Origin: the human T2T-CHM13v2.0 reference genome, Homo sapiens
Assembly (NCBI RefSeq): GCF_009914755.1
Contig: NC_060932.1
DNA length: 64,000 nt
Direction: 5' to 3' (one strand)
Below are positions 15,491 to 32,360 of this stretch, one piece after another (the first letter of the stretch is position 1; each line of letters opens with the position of its first letter). Under the pieces are notes generated by a model that made no database searches, was not told the origin of the DNA, and worked only from the letters and a program-made list of their open reading frames with translations. A program made the translations under genes and the position numbers.

Positions 15491-15851
15491 GAAAAAGAAA
15501 GAAGAAAAAAAGATTGTGCTCTTCCAAAGTAAGTTCTTCATTTTTATCTTAGCCCTAGGACTAAGTTTTCATTTTTATCTTATTTTATTTTATCTAGTTT
15601 TCATTTTTATCTTAGCCCTAGGACTCTTTTAACTGAAGGTGCTTTCCTCTTTACTTTGGTTGCCATGAATCTCAGAACCAAATTTCAACCCATTTCTGTT
15701 GTATTTCTGAGTAGCAACTTTACCCTTAGCTTTATTCTATGTTTCACCTTTTTTTCCTCTTTCCCAAAACCAATCAATCAATATATGTTTTGTACTAGGT
15801 GGAATAAAAATAGGCTTTATTAACACAAATAAGCTTTAAAAGGAGTCATGA

Positions 15852-16030
15852 CGGCTGGGCACAGTGGCTCATGCCTATAATCCCAGCACTTTGGGAGGCT
15901 GAAGAGACAGGATCACTTGAGCTCCAGAGATCATGGCTGCAGTAAGCTATAATTGTGTCACTGCACTCCATCCTGGGTGATGGAGTAAGACCTTGTTCTC
16001 CCCAAAATTTTAAAAATTAAAAAAAAATAA
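15852..16030 (+). mobile_element. Alu monomer (FRAM-like)
   Basis: Single-arm Alu. Confidence 0.8.
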
Positions 16031-16670
16031 AAAGTCAAGATTCACTTTCCTAATTCTTATTTTGCAATCTATATTGAACATCATTGTTTGAGGTCTGCCC
16101 AGTTCTCAATCCCCTTCTTCCAGTTGTAGCACTCCCAACTGTCCTTTGGGAATTACAATATCTGAATTCAGTTCATGTGGTTTAGGTGTGCTGACTCCGT
16201 CCTCCTATTTCAGGAGAGGGGCTAACCTGGACCACACAGAATCAGAGCATCATAGTCCCCTGTTACTAAATGGGTTTGAGACAGGAAGGGATAGAGTACA
16301 ACTAAAGCCGTGAAGTTCAATTCTGAGACTTCGATTGGATTAATGAGGAGAAAACATCTTTCCTTCCCTTGAACCACTTCATAGGATTGCTGAAAATACA
16401 AAATAAGCTTGAAGTGAAGTGATTATGAGCCATTCATCTCACCCCTACAAGGGTGAGGCTGTCTGAGATGGAGACAATGCTGAGAAAAGCAGAGGTGAGG
16501 GATGCAGAGAGACTACGTGTTCAACATCTCGGTTGAGCTCCCCTTTTTCAGTTACCTCCTTCTTTTCCTAAATCTAATTTGAGTTTGATTTCTGTTCCTT
16601 GCAACCAAGATTCCTGACTAATAACAAAGACAAAAATATATGGTTATTTTAACAGTGAATATCTATAAGG

Positions 16671-16973
<303 letters not shown>

Positions 16974-17206
16974 TTAAGAGACAGTAGTTTTTTTGTGTGC
17001 AACTTGTTCTAACATCCAGAAAATCCAGGGATAAAAAATGTTTAAACCTAAGCTTTAATGCTACATATGCGTTTCTCTTCCTTGTTACACAAATTTGAGA
17101 GGCTGTACTATACATCTTGAAAAAATAGAATTATTTTACAGCAGTCCAGTTGGAATTGATTATATAGCATTTAAACTTTAACAATAGTTTTCTAGGAATG
17201 ACCTTG

Positions 17207-17565
<359 letters not shown>

Positions 17566-17754
17566 CTAATTGGCAAAAAGGAAGGGCAAATCTTGGTAAA
17601 GATAGTTGCATGTGAAGGAGGACACAGAGACTGCATTAAGCTCAATTTTCAAGAAGGATAACTTCTTTGTGTTTTACTATCATGTTACCCATCTTCGTGG
17701 TTGTTTGAATGGTACAAGAAGCTATGAAATTTATATATTTTGTATTCTCTGCTG

Positions 17755-18420
17755 TTTAGGGAAGAACTCTCTCAAACCACGTTTTTCCTCTGCTTTCAAA
17801 GCACAACAGTCATCAACACAGCAGAAGACTTCTGTAACCAAATGAGTGAGGAGTTTTTCCCACGACCAAGCAGTGGATATCAGCTGGGTGTCCCCCAATT
17901 CAATTCCTGGAGGTAGTGTCAGATCCCACAGGTTTAGGGCTCGGTTCTCGAGACTGCACCAAGAAGTGTCTCTGGAACTTCTGATCAACCCACTTCAAGT
18001 TGGGGGTCCCATGACCCCCTCTTTGGGTTCTATTAATTTGCTGGAGCAGCTCACAGACCTCAGGCAAACACATTTACCAGTTTACTATGAAGGATACAGA
18101 TGAAGAGATGCATAGTGTGAGGTATGGGGGAAGGGGTGCAGAGCTTCCATGCCCTCCCTAGACACACCACCATCCAGGGACCTCCGTGAGATCCACCATG
18201 GAGTTACTTGCTGAACCCAGTCCTGTTGGGTTTTTATGGAAGCTTCATGATGTCAGCATTCCTTCCCCCAGGGCATGGGGGTGGGGTGTCTTATGACCCA
18301 CAATCAGAAAGGCAGGGAATGATTAGAATCTTGCCTGGGAGCAGATGAAAAGGAGACAGGGAGAAGGTTGGAGAGATCCTGTTTCCTTAGTCCTAACACA
18401 CCCATAATAAAAGACTGAAA
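17755..18420 (-). mobile_element. MER21-like LTR fragment
   Basis: cagatcccacaggtt / gctggagcagctcacaga / cagagcttccatgccctc motifs. Confidence 0.65.
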
Positions 18421-18544
18421 TGGCCAGCCTTGGTGGCTCACCCCTATAACCCCAGCACTTTTGGAGGCTAAGGCTGGAGGATTGCCTGGAGACCAGCCTG
18501 GATGATATAGCAAGACTCCATCTCTAGAAAATATTTTATTTTAT

Positions 18545-18855
18545 TTATTTTTACTTAATTATTTATTTATTTTGAGATGGGGTGTCACTCTGTTACCCAG
18601 GCTAGAGTGCAGTGGCATGATCTTGACAAACTGCAGCTTCAACTTCCCAGACTCAAGTGTTCCTCCCACCTCAGCTTCCTGAGTAGCTGCAACTACAGGC
18701 ATGAGGCATCATGCCTGGCAAATTTTTGTATTTTTTGTAGAGATGGGGTTTTGCCAAGTTGCCCAGGTTGATCTTGAACTCCTGGGCTCAAGTGATCCAT
18801 CCACCTCAGCTTCCCAAAGTGCTAAGATTACAGGTGTGAACCACTGCACCCCACT
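18545..18855 (-). mobile_element. AluJ (a + strand monomer lies adjacent at ~18422-18530)
   Basis: Full dimer. Confidence 0.88.
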
Positions 18856-19372
18856 GCTTTCTTCCATCTTTAGTGTCAGGCAGGCTTTCCTTGAACCACC
18901 CAGCAACTCCAGGCTCACCTCCTCCAGCATGGTGTGAACACGTGAGTCATCTTCCACACTGAAAGCAAAGTCCTGGAATTGAGTCGCATTAGGCCACCTT
19001 GGCTCTCATGTCCATTCCAGAGTCAATCACTGTGGCCAGAGAAAGTGGATAGATGCTCTACACAGAGCCCTGGGTGACATGCCCATCCCTGGAGCCTGGG
19101 GTAAAATCAACCCATCTAGAGCACATGCATGGGAAGGGCAGTGGGTGATTCCCTAAAGAATACATGGGTTTTGTTACCAGAAGAAGGGAGTGATTGCTGG
19201 GCAGTTAAAGCCACCCATGTCATTTCATCACTGGTGTACATTTTTCCTGATTCTAATCACTGGACTGATAGTCTGCTTGGCTTCATTCAGCAGTGCTACT
19301 CTCTCATGTATGAGGGAAGAGCTTGGTGCTTGGGGGCTGTTGTAACTGGGTTGTTTGGATGTTTATTAATGA

Positions 19373-19735
19373 GTGTCTTAGAGATCATGGAAGCAGGATG
19401 AAGCAAAGGAAGAAGTCAGGTTGCAATGCCCTCCCACTGGCATCCTCAGTTGACACCCACCACCACAACCACGGGAGCTCTAGAGCTACGGGAGACCTTC
19501 AAAGTAGTCCCAAGTTGGAGCAAGAGAGGAGGCCTTTATACCCTGGGGTCCATTAGTCAGATGTGCACCTTGTTAGGATGGGAGCACCGTCCCGGGCAAC
19601 ACAGCTTTCCTCAGCTGAGGTTGCTCTGAAGGGACTGACAGCAGAGGGCTACCGAAGACAGCACTTCTGGGGTGTGGGGGTAACCAATCCTGGTTCCTAA
19701 AGGAGACTGAAGCTGCATATCAGAGACCAGCACAG
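19373..19735 (-). mobile_element. Old ERVL-type LTR fragment
   Basis: tgtcttag terminus and ctgacagcagagggct motif; heavily decayed. Confidence 0.4.
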
Positions 19736-19869
19736 GGACACCCAGTACTGGTGGGGTGCAAAAACTTTGTCCCAGGCCCCCAAAAGGTAGCAACCACACC
19801 ACCTTAAATAGTGATTTTATAAATGTCAGCACTTAATCAGTAAGAATGATTACTTAAAATTATAAAGTC

Positions 19870-20023
19870 TATTTTTATTTTTAATTATATTTTAAATATA
19901 TAGACAGAGACACAGTCTCACTATGTTGCCCAGTCTGGTCACAAACTCCTGGGCTCAAGGAGTTTTCCTGCCTTGGCCTCCCAAAGTGGTGGGATGACAG
20001 GCATGAGCTACTGTGCCCAGCCT
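19870..20023 (-). mobile_element. Alu monomer
   Basis: Left-arm similarity. Confidence 0.8.
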
Positions 20024-20862
20024 AAAATTACAAAACTAACTTCAGGAAGGTTTTGTACTTTTTGCCCCAAGTGCCACAACTGTTGGCTATGGCTCTGCCT
20101 AAGGGCAAATTTTGTGATTGGATCCTGTGAGAATTCTGAGTCAGTCATGAATGGCAGCAGGTATCTGGAACCAGGATACCAATTTCAAGGAGACAAAGAT
20201 GAGTCGGGAGTGTCAGCAACCTGGAGGTATTTATGATTCCCAAGACTGGAAGTAATAGCTGGCTCCATGGGCTTATGGGTACCAACATGTCCTTCTGGCT
20301 GAATTGTCTCTCCCTTGATTAATAAGATGTTTAGGTAGAGAATGAGCTTAATCTTTCCCACTGGCATCTAATGCCCATAACTCAGCAGATTTTATTATTT
20401 CAACCAAAAAATCAGGTATTCTCACAGCAAGGGGGTGTAGGTGCGAGGGCTGACCCCAAATCAGTGTTGGAACAACCATACCAGGGTAAAAACAAGAACA
20501 TCTTTCCTTCACCTTCCAGGCTTATCATTACCCATGATTTACACACATTGGCAGTGAAGGATCATTAAACATGAGAAAAGGACAAAACAAACAAACAAAA
20601 AACCCAAGGCATTTGGTAGGAGACAGAGCTTAGAAGAAATGAACTTGTAGAAGTAGGAGGATAAACAACCTCACTGGAAATTTAACACATTTGAAGCAGT
20701 GGTTGGTCAGAACCATTGCTAGGAAAAATATGCATCTGATCAGCCAGTGAAACATATAGTAAATAATTTTTAAGACTTTCAAAGCTCATGCTTTAATCTC
20801 TAACTGATAAGGAATTTAGGAATGGATTGCACACTGGAGGTAAAAAATGATTCGCCAGATGA

Positions 20863-21250
<388 letters not shown>

Positions 21251-21294
21251 CCCCTGAGAGGTTTTTGTCTGTGGATTGGATTGGCTGGCTGAAT

Positions 21295-21591
21295 TTTTTC
21301 TTTTTTTCTTTTTTTTCTTTTTTTTAGACAGGGTCTTGCTATGTCACTCAGGCTGAAGTACAATGGCATGATCACTGCTTACTGCAGCCTGAAACCTCCT
21401 GGGCTAAGCGATCCTCTCACGAATGGCTGAGACTACAGGAGCACACCACCAGGCCCAGCTAATTTTTAAATTATTTATAGAGATAAGGTCTCACTATGGT
21501 GCCCAGGGTGGTCTCGAACCCCTGAGCTCAAGTGATCTGCCTGCCTTGGCCTCCCACAGTGCTGAGATTATAGGCGTGAGCCACCATGCCT
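21295..21591 (-). mobile_element. AluJ
   Basis: Full dimer. Confidence 0.88.
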
Positions 21592-21789
21592 GATGAATAT
21601 TTTTTTAGTTAGAAAAATCCAAGGACATATTTTTTCAAGTTGTGATACATTTTTTTTATCATTGTACATCACTGTGCTCATAAATTTGTTCAGTCAACTC
21701 AAATATTTGAAGAAATGTAAAATCATCAATATCAATCTTAGAGTATATGCTATAGAATCATCAGAGTTCAGGAGAAATAGAGAAGACTA

Positions 21790-22000
21790 GGTAGTTTAGA
21801 GGAGTTAAGAGTCAGACACGCCTGGGTTCATTTTACACCTCTGTCACTTACTAGTTGTATGGCTTTGGTAAATTTCCTCATCTCTCTGCATTGGTTATTC
21901 ATCTGTAAAGTGGATATATAAAAATATCTATCACATAGTGGCATTGCCTGAGGTAATGCAGGCAAAATGATTAACCCAGTGCCCGGAAAACACAGTCCAC
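21790..22000 (+). mobile_element. MIR
   Basis: gagtcagac...cctgggttc...catctgtaaagtgg core. Confidence 0.7.
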
Positions 22001-22177
22001 TAAAACAGTGACTGCTGCTTCTGTTGTGCTTTTGCCACCATCGTCACTGGGATGGTTGTTATAGAATATCTAAGCCTGAAGTATAAGACCCCTGGAAGAA
22101 AGGAGGATATTCTGACCTATGCTTCAAGAAGGTGTCTAATCTTTCAAGAAAATTGTGGCACCAAGAAAAAGGAATGA

Positions 22178-22609
<432 letters not shown>

Positions 22610-22855
22610 TAAACAACACATTTACCTGAAAGCCTAGAATGGATTCAGGAAACCCAAGAGCTACCCAGGGTTTCTGGATAATTCTCAATGCTGGGGCTTT
22701 ACCATGCACCATGTGTGGAGGAACAAGGCAATCCTTTGCCTCCCCAGGTATGTGAGAGGCAAGGGGAAGTTCCTTCTCAGCCCTATAGCAGTTTCCAGAT
22801 TGTGTAATTTAGAAGCTAACATCAGTTCCACCACCACAGGGTGCCACTCCCTGAC

Positions 22856-23861
22856 TTTTTTTCCCCCCTGAGACAGGGTCTCATTCTGTCACCCAGGCTG
22901 GAGTGCAGTCGTGCAATCAGGCTCACTGTAGCCTCCACCTCCCAGGCTCAAGCGATCCTCCTACCTCAGCCTGCCAAATAGCTGGGACCACAGGTACATG
23001 CCACCATGCCCAGCTAATTTTTAAACTGTTTTGTAGAGATGGGGTCTCATTATGTTGCCCAGACTGGTCTTGAACTCCTGGGCTCAAGTGATCCTGCGGA
23101 CTCAACCTCCCAAAGTTCTGGGATTGTTAGGTAGCTAGGCAGAGATGAGCAGGACATGAGAGCCCCCAAGTCCCCAGGTATATCAGGTGACCACCAGGTG
23201 ATGTTCAGGCAGTTGTTAAACTGCCTCTCTGAAATAATAATTAGTTGCAGCTGGTGCCAGGGAAGGGCAGTCTCCCAACAGATAGAAACACCTGAAGCTG
23301 GTGATCAGCAGCTTCCCAATAAGATCTCAGGAGCTGGGCAAGTGGGCTCAAGCATGCATGCCAAGAAGCAAAATGGAGGAATCTAATTGGTATGTGATGT
23401 TCTTCTAAAAACATTCGACTGGTAAGGGGAAAACGCCGCGAATGAACATGCACACAACTTCAGTAAACACACTGAGCATGTGACCCCTCTCAACCGCTGG
23501 CAGGCCACTGCACATGCAGACAGCTCACCCCAAGGAAAAATCAAGGGAGGAGAGACAAAGCCCCAGAACCATGACCATGCAAATGTTTACAACCCCAAGT
23601 CAAGGGTCCAGACGAGGCACTTGGATCTCTCAGGTTGCCCACTTGGCCCTCTTCCAAGAGTAGTTCACTTCCTTTTGTTCCTGCTCTAAAACTTTTTATT
23701 ACACTTTCACTCCTGCTCTAAAGCTTGCCTCAGTTTCTCCCTCTGCCTTATGTCCCTTGGTTGAATTCTTTCCTCCTAGGAGACAAGAATCAAGTTGCTG
23801 CAGACCCATAGAGATTTGCCACTGCTAACAGGATTACAGGCATGAGCCACTGTGTCCAGCC
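22856..23861 (-). mobile_element. AluJ split by the MER50-like LTR
   Basis: Alu sequence resumes at 23831 after the LTR. Confidence 0.88.
23125..23830 (+). mobile_element. MER50-like ERV1 solo LTR inserted into an AluJ
   Basis: TGTTAG...CTAACA termini and a 4-bp TSD GGAT that splits the Alu motif ctgggattacagg. Confidence 0.85.
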
Positions 23862-24432
23862 TCCCTGACTTCTGTTTATACAGTTTCTGCTTTCAGGCTC
23901 TCCAGATCAGTAGCAGGAAGATATGTATTACTTTTGCAGCATGAATTACTCTTAGCCTCAGCTCTTTTAGGAGTCCAAATCTTTTGACATCAACAACATG
24001 GATTATTGTCATAAGATCAATATTGGTAACACAATTTTTAGAGACCTACATGACAGTCACAATACATTCTGTCCACGTGACAGTCACAAATTCTGTCACT
24101 TGCTCATGTTTTTACCAGCTCCTTTCCAGTGAATCCCAAGACTACCTATAGAGCAAGTAAATTAATAAGTAATAGGTTGATCTAGGAGTGGACTTGTGTA
24201 ACTGAATTCCTAGAACAATGCTGTTTCCACAATAATTAATTCATTTGCTTATTCATCAGGCACAAATATACATCTGTATTGAGTCAGACTCTGTGCTGGA
24301 TACTCAGGATATAAAAGTGAAAAATTAACTCCCAGTCTAATCAGGAATTATTTGCTATTTATTTAGATGCCACACATGTAAATAAATAAGTGCAATAAAG
24401 TGTCTCAGATGCTATGTTCAAAGTGAGTCTGG

Positions 24433-24785
24433 TTGCTGGGCTTGGTGGCTCACGACTATAATCCCAGCACTTTGGGAGGCCAAGGAAGGAGAATTGCTGA
24501 GGTCAGGAGTTCAAGACCAGCCTAGCAACATAGTGAAACCCTGTCTCTATAAAAAATTTAAAGAAATTATACTACCACACTGGTCTTTTTAAAAAATAAA
24601 AACAATTTAAAAATTAGCCAGGTGTAGTGGCATGCCTGTAGTCCTAGCTACTTAGGAGGCTGAGGTAGGAGGATCACTAGAGCCCAGAAATACAAAGCTT
24701 CAGTGAGCTATGATTGTGCTACTGCCCTCCAGCCTGGGTGACACAGTAAAACCCTGTCTCCAAAAAAATAAATAAACAAACAAAA
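24433..24785 (+). mobile_element. AluJ with an expanded linker
   Basis: Dimer flanked by the aaagtgagt repeat. Confidence 0.85.
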
Positions 24786-24928
24786 AAGTGAGTATGAGAA
24801 ATACTGATTTTACCTGGGAAGGTCAGAAAAGGCTTGGTACCACAGCTGACTTCTGAGTCTTGAAAGATGAGTAAATGGTCACTGGACAGATATTTTGGGT
24901 GAAGATGGCAGAGAACACATTCAGTTTA

Positions 24929-25011
24929 TTTTTTTAACAATTTTAATTCAAAAATTTATAAAATATGGAATGCTTCATGAACTTGTGTGTCATCCTTGCA
25001 CAGGGGCCATG
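24929..25011 (-). pseudogene. 5'-truncated U6 snRNA retropseudogene
   Basis: 24960-25011 is the reverse complement of the U6 3' half (CATGGCCCCTG..AAGGATGACAC..AAGC.TTCCATATTTT) with CpG decay. 12-bp TSD acattcagttta at 24917-24928 and 25012-25023. Confidence 0.9.
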
Positions 25012-25830
25012 ACATTCAGTTTAACAGTATCATCAATATCCAAAAAATAGCCTGATGTGCAGCTTGGGATGGCCACAGCCTGTATAGGGGAAGGCAGGCA
25101 TTACCTCAAAGTAGAGCAGCGACATAGACTAGTCAAATTGATACATAAAATTAGACAGCACAGGTAGGTAGGTAGGAAGGGAAGGAAAAGGAAAAAAGAG
25201 TCCAGGAAGAACCCTGAGATTATGGTTCTTAGGGTGGGGCAAAGCAAGAGAGGGCCAGGGCAGCAGGGCAAGGAGGGTGACCCCAGAGACCCCAGGAGAA
25301 CCACAGACATCGTACCTGCTCTTTCCCCCAAAATGCTGCAATGGTCAACAATATTAAATGACACAGAAATTAGAAGATGAAAAGTGAAAAGAACTCACTG
25401 GATTTGGTCTTTGGTCTTTGGTCTTTGGTAATGTACCAAGCAGTCTGAGTGACGTAATGGAGGTAGAAACTTGAGTGAAGTCAAAGGGAGATGGAATTAT
25501 TAGAAAACAAAAGCAAAGATTAAAGTCTGAATTGGTGAGAGTGAAAAGGATGCTCATATACTGTTAGAAGAAGTGTAAATAATATGAATTTTTGTGTCAA
25601 GTTTTTAATAGGATCATACCATTTGACCCAGCTATTCTACTACTAGAAAATTATCTCAAGGAAGTGAATATATATCTATGCCAAGATTTAGTTATAAGCT
25701 ATTCATCTGAATGTGGGTTTTAATGGTAAACAAATAAAAAGATAAATTTAAAAAGTTTAAAAAAAAGAGAAAAAAAGAAACAACTTCAATGTACAATAAT
25801 AGGGTATTAGGTATACCAATTATGTTCTAG

Positions 25831-26172
25831 CCAGAGCAGATTTACCATGAAGCTAATAAAAATTAAGCTTTGGGCTCCTTACTTGCATGGACCCCTTCAA
25901 TACACTGGGAGAGAGCCAGACATGGTGGCTCATGTCTGTAATCTCAGTTACTTGGGAAATTCAGATGGCAGGATCCCTTCGGCCTAGGAGTTCAAGTCCA
26001 TTCTAGGCAATATAGTAATACCAGATCTCTAAAACAAAACAAAACAAAACAAAACAAATACATACCAAGAAAGAGGGCCTTAAAATTTTATACAAATAAT
26101 TCTATAATCTTTTCCTTAAAGAGAGCTCTCCTAATTGTATAAATGTTATGGTCTCCAAATCTAGATTACCAT
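25831..26172 (+). mobile_element. MER53-like hAT MITE with an inserted Alu monomer (25913-26060)
   Basis: cagatttaccatgaagctaat...cttgcatggacccc and ttccttaaagagagc...aattgtataa. Confidence 0.65.
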
Positions 26173-26329
26173 TGAGTCTGTTTATATAATTATAAAAATA
26201 AGGTTGTATTCAATAATAAGACAAATAACTCCCCTCCCCCCAAAAAAGATGGCAAAAGATTTGAACAGGCATTTTTATCACAGAAGAGATGTTAATGGCA
26301 TAAGGAAATGCAAATTACAACCACCATGA

Positions 26330-26654
<325 letters not shown>

Positions 26655-26762
26655 TAGAATGGCTAATTTTGTTAAATGCTGGTGAAGATGTAGAGCAACT
26701 AGAGCTCTCCTACATTACTGGTAGGAACACAAAATGGTAGCAGCACTTTGGAAAACAGTTTG

Positions 26763-27187
26763 TGTGCAGAACAAAGCAACTCCATCTTGAAAGTTAATCC
26801 GCCACGTTGGCTTCTGATTAAACCCCGTTCTGGAAAGGCCACTAAGATTGCCAGCTTATCTATTGTTCTTTGTGTCAGAGCAGGTACTTACTGTAAATCC
26901 TGCCCTTAGGTCAAACAACCTTGATGTTATCATACTTTATTTGTCCTACACATCCCTTCTGAAACACCCTCTTCTATGGTACATATAAGCCCTGGGTCTT
27001 GGGTGTAATGGTGCTGGGATCCACCTTCTTTTCTTGCTGCCGCCCCAGGCACAGGCATGGCTTCTGCTTGTAAGTCCCTATTAAATGTTTCCTTCTAAGA
27101 AACTGCGTTTATCAGCCTCTTTTTTTCCGTCTCTTAGCCTCCTTGGACTTTGGGGTACATTTGCATAGATCTGCCCACCCCAGAACA
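26763..27187 (+). mobile_element. Solo LTR (LTR47-like, ERVL) inserted in an L1 3' region
   Basis: TG...CA termini, 5-bp TSD GTTTG, TATA-like catataag and ATTAAA. Family is from memory. Confidence 0.72.
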
Positions 27188-27500
27188 GTTTGGCAGCTTT
27201 TTACAGAGCTAAACATGTACTTACCATAGGACCCAGCAACCTCACTCCTAGGAATTTATCCAAAATAAATGAAAATGTAGGTCCACACAAAAACCTGCAC
27301 ACAAATGTTTATAGCAGCTTCACTAATGATTGCCAAAATCTAGAAGCAACTCAAATGTTCATCTACTGGTGAATGGATAAACCACCTGTGGCACATCTGC
27401 ACAATGGAACAACACTCAGCAGTGAGTAGAAATGAACTACTAGTACATTCAACAACATTAATGTATCTCAAAAGCCTAATTTGAAGTGAAAAAGAGCCAG

Positions 27501-27501
<1 letters not shown>

Positions 27502-27532
<31 letters not shown>

Positions 27533-27537
27533 ACACA
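27502..27537. repeat. (CA)n microsatellite
   Basis: Read directly from the sequence. Confidence 0.92.
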
Positions 27538-27789
27538 GCTGCATACTGTATGATTCCATTTCTATGACATTCTGGGAAAGATAAAACTAGCAAAGAAAAT
27601 TAGATCCATAGTTGCCAGGGGCTGGGAAGGACAAGGGAATTTGGGGATGACAGAAATGTCCTGTAACTTGGTTTCTGTGGTGCTCACATGACTGTATGTA
27701 TTTGTCAAAATCACCAAACTGAGCACTTTAAAACAGTTTTAATGTATGTAAATTATACCTTAATAAATCTGACCTGTAAAAAATTCAAA

Positions 27790-28373
<584 letters not shown>

Positions 28374-28556
28374 TCAGTATTCATTTTCATAAGTCCAGCT
28401 TTGTATGCTCAGATAGACAATACATGAATACATTTACAGAGGATAGAACATAAAAACAACAAATTTCACCTATAATTACTTTTGAGGCATTGGATGACAC
28501 ATGAATTTTAACATTATACTTTTGCCCATGTGTATTTTTAAAATTTTCTTTATTAA

Positions 28557-28870
<314 letters not shown>

Positions 28871-29764
28871 TAATTTTTTTTAAGTAGGTTTTGTTGATTG
28901 AGGTGGAGTTGAGGGATTTTAAAGAATGAATTATAGATGGAGAAATTAGAGACAGGGATTCTAACCTCTTCTTATTGGCTTGCCAATTTAGGGAAAAACT
29001 TACTAGAAGGGGATTCAGTCAAAGATGGATTTTTTGTTTGTTTTTTATTTTAAAGGGAGAGTGAGACAAGACACCCATGCAATCAAGAGCTCAAGATATG
29101 GTACTCCATGAGAGATACAGTCATCGAACAGCACTGGGAGCAAGTTCCAATTATGCTCCAAAGCCTGGATGACTCATCTGTCTCTGAAAGAAGCTTTCCA
29201 TGATCCCAGCCCACCCTTTTGTTCAGTTTTCTCCTTGGTAGTCACCCATATATACTCTGAGATCAAGCCAAGGGTTCACTCCTTATTCCCAACCACAGCC
29301 TGAGCTCTCCTGCTCCATGCCTCCTTCACTCTGTTCCTCTGCCAGCCTGGAATGTTCTCCCCATCTCTCCCTCTTTTCAAACGAGAAGCAGCAGTCAATT
29401 CACCTGCACTCTACAACACTGCCTATACCTCCTTGGCACTCACTCCTAGCTTCAGTCTTATAGTTACCTGTGACTCCTCTCCCTTCCATTAACCTGAACC
29501 CCTTAGGCATCTTTCTGTCCTCCACAGCACTGAGCATAAAGCCTTATCAATGTTTGTTGAATTTCACTGAAGATGGCATCAGACTTGGGGTGCCAAATTA
29601 TGATACATCCATAAACTCAAATACTTGTAGAATAGACTGATTATGAGATTAGTCCCAAATTCAACATAATTCTAGGAAAGAAACTACATTGATGCTCCAT
29701 TCCAGAACATAAGTCCTTGTACCTTGGAAATAACCAGTGATATGACTTAAACAATGTTCATAGT

Positions 29765-30145
29765 TTTATTAGTCCATTCTTACAGTGCTATAAAGAACTA
29801 CCTGATACTGGGTAATTTATAAAGAAAAGAGGTTTAATTGACTCACAGTTCCACAGGCTGTACAGGAAGCATGGCTGGGGAGGCCTCAGGAAACTTACAA
29901 TAATGGTGGAAGGTGAAAAGGAAGCAGGCACATCTTCATATGATGGCAGGAAAAAGAGAGCTAAGGGAGAAGTGCTACACACTTTTAAACAACCAGATCT
30001 CATGAGAACTCACTCACTATCACTAGAACAGCAAGGGGGAAATCTGCCTCATGATCCAATCACCTCCCACCAGGTTCCCTCCCCAACACTGGGAATTACA
30101 ATTCGACAAGAGATTTGTGTGGGGACATACAGCCAAACCATATCA
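29765..30145 (-). mobile_element. MSTA-like MaLR solo LTR
   Basis: Reverse-complement MST body ending ccaaaccatatca; 5-bp TSD ATAGT. Confidence 0.88.
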
Positions 30146-30999
30146 ATAGTCTATTTCTTTTTTTTTTAACTGAGTCTTTCAAATTTATATCCCTTTTTAA
30201 GTATGTTTTCAGGAACAACTACCAGCTTGTTTTTACTATTGAATGTCATGTCTGCATACTTTGTGAGAAAGGATCCAGCTGTGCTTTTTTAAAATAGGAA
30301 TGAGTGCTGTGGATCATAAATTGGCTGATAGAGATGTTCATTTCTGAACTACAAAAGTCCAATTATGATAAGGCATAATTATGACAAAGTACAATTAATA
30401 GAAACATGCCACCCATGTGTGTGCTTCTTATAGCTGAGTGACCTGGAAATCACTAAATGCAGGTCACATAGTAAGTATTTTTTAAATGTTCACATAAATC
30501 ATTCTTGTTCACATAGCCAATCAGCCTTCCCACAGCTCTTGAATAGAATTTTTGGGTTATATGACCTAGGTCATCTTGTAAATGTGCAGGTTGCCATGAA
30601 TGTGGGCACAGTTGGATGGAAGCAGGTCACTCCTAGGACAATACAAGGAAGATCCTGCCACCTTCAAGTTGTGTCTCTAAAGGACACAAAGCCTGCTCAG
30701 ATGCTGTCAACAGATATTGTAAAGGTCCTTCACTATGTGAGTCAGAAGACCAGAGAAACTATCTTTAGAGATCTGGGAGATCATCAGCCTAAAGGTACTG
30801 ATTGGTGTCATAAGAGTGGTTATGGTATTGAGCGTAAATGAGTAATAAGAGAGAAAAGGGAAGGGGATGTTTAAGTAATGAGGGAAATCACAGAATTGAA
30901 GATCAATGAAGAATAGTCTGAGATAAAAGAAAAACCAGGCCACATGAAGTCATTATCATTTGTGGTGAACACTGTCAAATGCCAAAAGAACATGAAGCA

Positions 31000-31800
<801 letters not shown>

Positions 31801-31809
31801 GTGTTTCAT

Positions 31810-32360
31810 TTCAATCCCAACTGGGGCAACACCAAATGCACTGCAATTCATTTCAGACACTAACCATCCAGAGTTGGCACAGATCCCACAGGTTAAGGTC
31901 AAAGTCCTCCACAAGATAGCTCTCACCAGCTGTAAGTTTCAGGGGATCCCAGGCCACTCATACTCTGACTGGCTGTGAATTTGAGGGTTCCTACGATCAT
32001 CTCAGGCTTGATAATTCACCAGAATGACTCACAGAACTCAGAAACATGCTACATATGAAATAATAGTTTTATTGTGAAGAATACATATAGGTACCAAGAT
32101 ATGAAAAAAACGGGAAATTTTTAAAAATAAAATAAAAGACTACATAGGGCAAGGTCTGAGAGGGAACACACAGCTTCAGTGCCTCTCCCCTGGGGGAGTC
32201 AGGGAGCATCACCCTCCTAGCACATCACTGTATTCACCAACCAGGAAGCTCCTCCAAGCCTAGGTGTCCAGAGTTTTTATTGGGGTCTCATTATGAAGGC
32301 ATGATTGATTAAATCCTTGGTCATATGACTGAACCCAATCTCTGGCTCTTCTCCCTGGAT
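31810..32360 (-). mobile_element. MER21-like LTR fragment
   Basis: cagatcccacaggttaag / gactcacagaactcag / ttcaccaaccaggaagctc motifs. Confidence 0.62.

Noticed and set aside
14954-15632. 158-192-aa Leu/Pro/Ser-rich ORFs in three frames
   Set aside because: Artefact of the C/T tract, which cannot encode stop codons.
24047-24100. Short local tandem duplications (also 28328-28372, 54955-54982, 58051-58078)
   Set aside because: Ordinary slippage duplications with no further structure.
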